From NCBI GenBank assembly GCA_963832165.1, contig CAWHTE010000001.1, positions 810,830-874,829 on the forward strand: a DNA stretch of 64,000 bases, given 5' to 3'. How positions within the stretch are numbered: position 1 is the stretch's first letter; each line of letters starts with the position of its first letter. The stretch is from an uncultured delta proteobacterium. Its GTDB lineage: Bacteria; Myxococcota_A; UBA9160; SMWR01. The translations under genes were made by a program, and so were the position numbers. Below, piece after piece: positions 63,087 through 64,000 of the stretch. A model generated the notes under the pieces. The model was not told the origin of the DNA, ran no database searches, and worked only from the letters and a program-made list of their open reading frames with translations.

Positions 63087-63889
63087 GCGGTGTGCCGACC
63101 GATCCGCACCAGTGGTCGCTCGCGGAGCTGCGCGCGCAGCTCGCGCTCGGCGTCACGCCCGCGCTCGAGGCGCGCTGGCTGCGGATCCTGCAGGGCGATG
63201 CGAGGCGCGGCGCGCGCGCGCTCGCCGAGCTGCTCGAGCGGCGCCGCGAGGACCGCCGCCGTGAAGCGCGGCGGATCGCGCGTCTGTTCGCGCTGCGCCG
63301 CGAGCTGTTCGCGGGCGGCGCGCGCGTGATCGCGGGCGTCGATGAAGTGGGCGTGGGTCCGCTCGCGGGTCCGCTCGTGGCGGCCGCCGTCGTGTTGCGC
63401 GCGCGCGTGCACCTGCCGGGCCTCGACGACTCGAAGCAGCTCACGGCCGCGCAGCGCGAATCGCTCGATGTGGCGATCCGCAGCCAGGCGCTCTCGGTGT
63501 GCGTCGCGGAGGTCGACTCGACCGAGGTCGATCGCCTGAACACGTTCCACGCCACGCTCGAAGCGATGCGGCGCGCCGTGGTCGGGCTCCCCGAAGCGCC
63601 GGATCACATCCTCGTCGACGCGCGAACGATCCCCGCGATCGAGTGGCCGCAGACGGCGCTGATCCGCGGCGATTCGCGCGACGGGTCGATTGCGGCAGCC
63701 TCGATCGTCGCGAAGGTATTCCGCGACGCGCGCATGCGCGAGCTCGACGAGCGCTATCCCGGCTACGGCTTCGCGCAGCACAAGGGCTATTCGACGCGCG
63801 ATCACATCGAGGCGCTCGCGCGCCTGGGCCCGTGCCCCGAGCACCGCAGGAGCTTCATGCGGGTCTCCCAGCCCGAGCTCTTCGCGTGA
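63083..63889 (+). CDS. rnhB: Ribonuclease HII
   Basis: [37 protein letters not shown]. Confidence 0.94.
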   Translation: MSGVPTDPHQWSLAELRAQLALGVTPALEARWLRILQGDARRGARALAELLERRREDRRREARRIARLFALRRELFAGGARVIAGVDEVGVGPLAGPLVAAAVVLRARVHLPGLDDSKQLTAAQRESLDVAIRSQALSVCVAEVDSTEVDRLNTFHATLEAMRRAVVGLPEAPDHILVDARTIPAIEWPQTALIRGDSRDGSIAAASIVAKVFRDARMRELDERYPGYGFAQHKGYSTRDHIEALARLGPCPEHRRSFMRVSQPELFA

Positions 63890-64000
63890 TCCGGATCCGA
63901 ACGACGCCCGAGGACTTCCGCGTCGACGAGCAGCCGCTCTACCCGGCCTCGGGCGTCGGCACTCACACGTTCGTGCGCGTGGAGAAGCGCCTGCGCACGA
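63886..64000 (+). CDS. truD: tRNA pseudouridine(13) synthase TruD, N-terminus (truncated by the window end)
   Basis: Manual translation [35 protein letters not shown]. Confidence 0.75.
   Translation, partial: MIRIRTTPEDFRVDEQPLYPASGVGTHTFVRVEKRLRT

Overview
High-GC (roughly 70% by eye) bacterial chromosome segment, most consistent with a Myxococcota/deltaproteobacterial lineage. This is inferred from a Dif-like chemosensory cluster, a PEP-CTERM protein, the CdaA, LpxD and CcsA-HemA-HemC-CobA/HemD content, and HrcA/CIRCE. The first ~10 kb is an accessory lipid/steroid-type catabolic region: CoA-transferase, crotonase, sulfotransferase, DUF1214 protein, P450 and amidohydrolase. The rest is mostly core genes: cdaA, tRNA-Phe, ggt, hemW-hrcA-grpE-dnaK-dnaJ, lon, thiL, an MCP-cheW-cheY-cheA-cheC cluster, larBC, groESL, lexA, two PTPS genes with folE, cbpA-cbpM, ppiD, mreBCD-mrdA-rodA, trxA, gmhA, hem genes, lpxD, rnhB and truD. 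The most notable observations are four. (1) cheA is split exactly at the Hpt linker by an A9 run followed by a hairpin, a candidate programmed -1 frameshift or transcriptional slippage site giving a free Hpt plus full-length CheA. (2) A stand-alone 69-aa archaeal-type histone-fold gene lies next to groEL. (3) A dispersed ~90-bp structured repeat carries GAA-triloop and tandem-GA hairpins with a compensatory change. (4) Leaderless-type promoter architecture is common, including two mini-ORFs coupled to dnaJ and larB. Three other genes carry single-base insertions that look like consensus errors, which limits confidence in any frameshift claim. No CRISPR array, prophage or transposase was seen.
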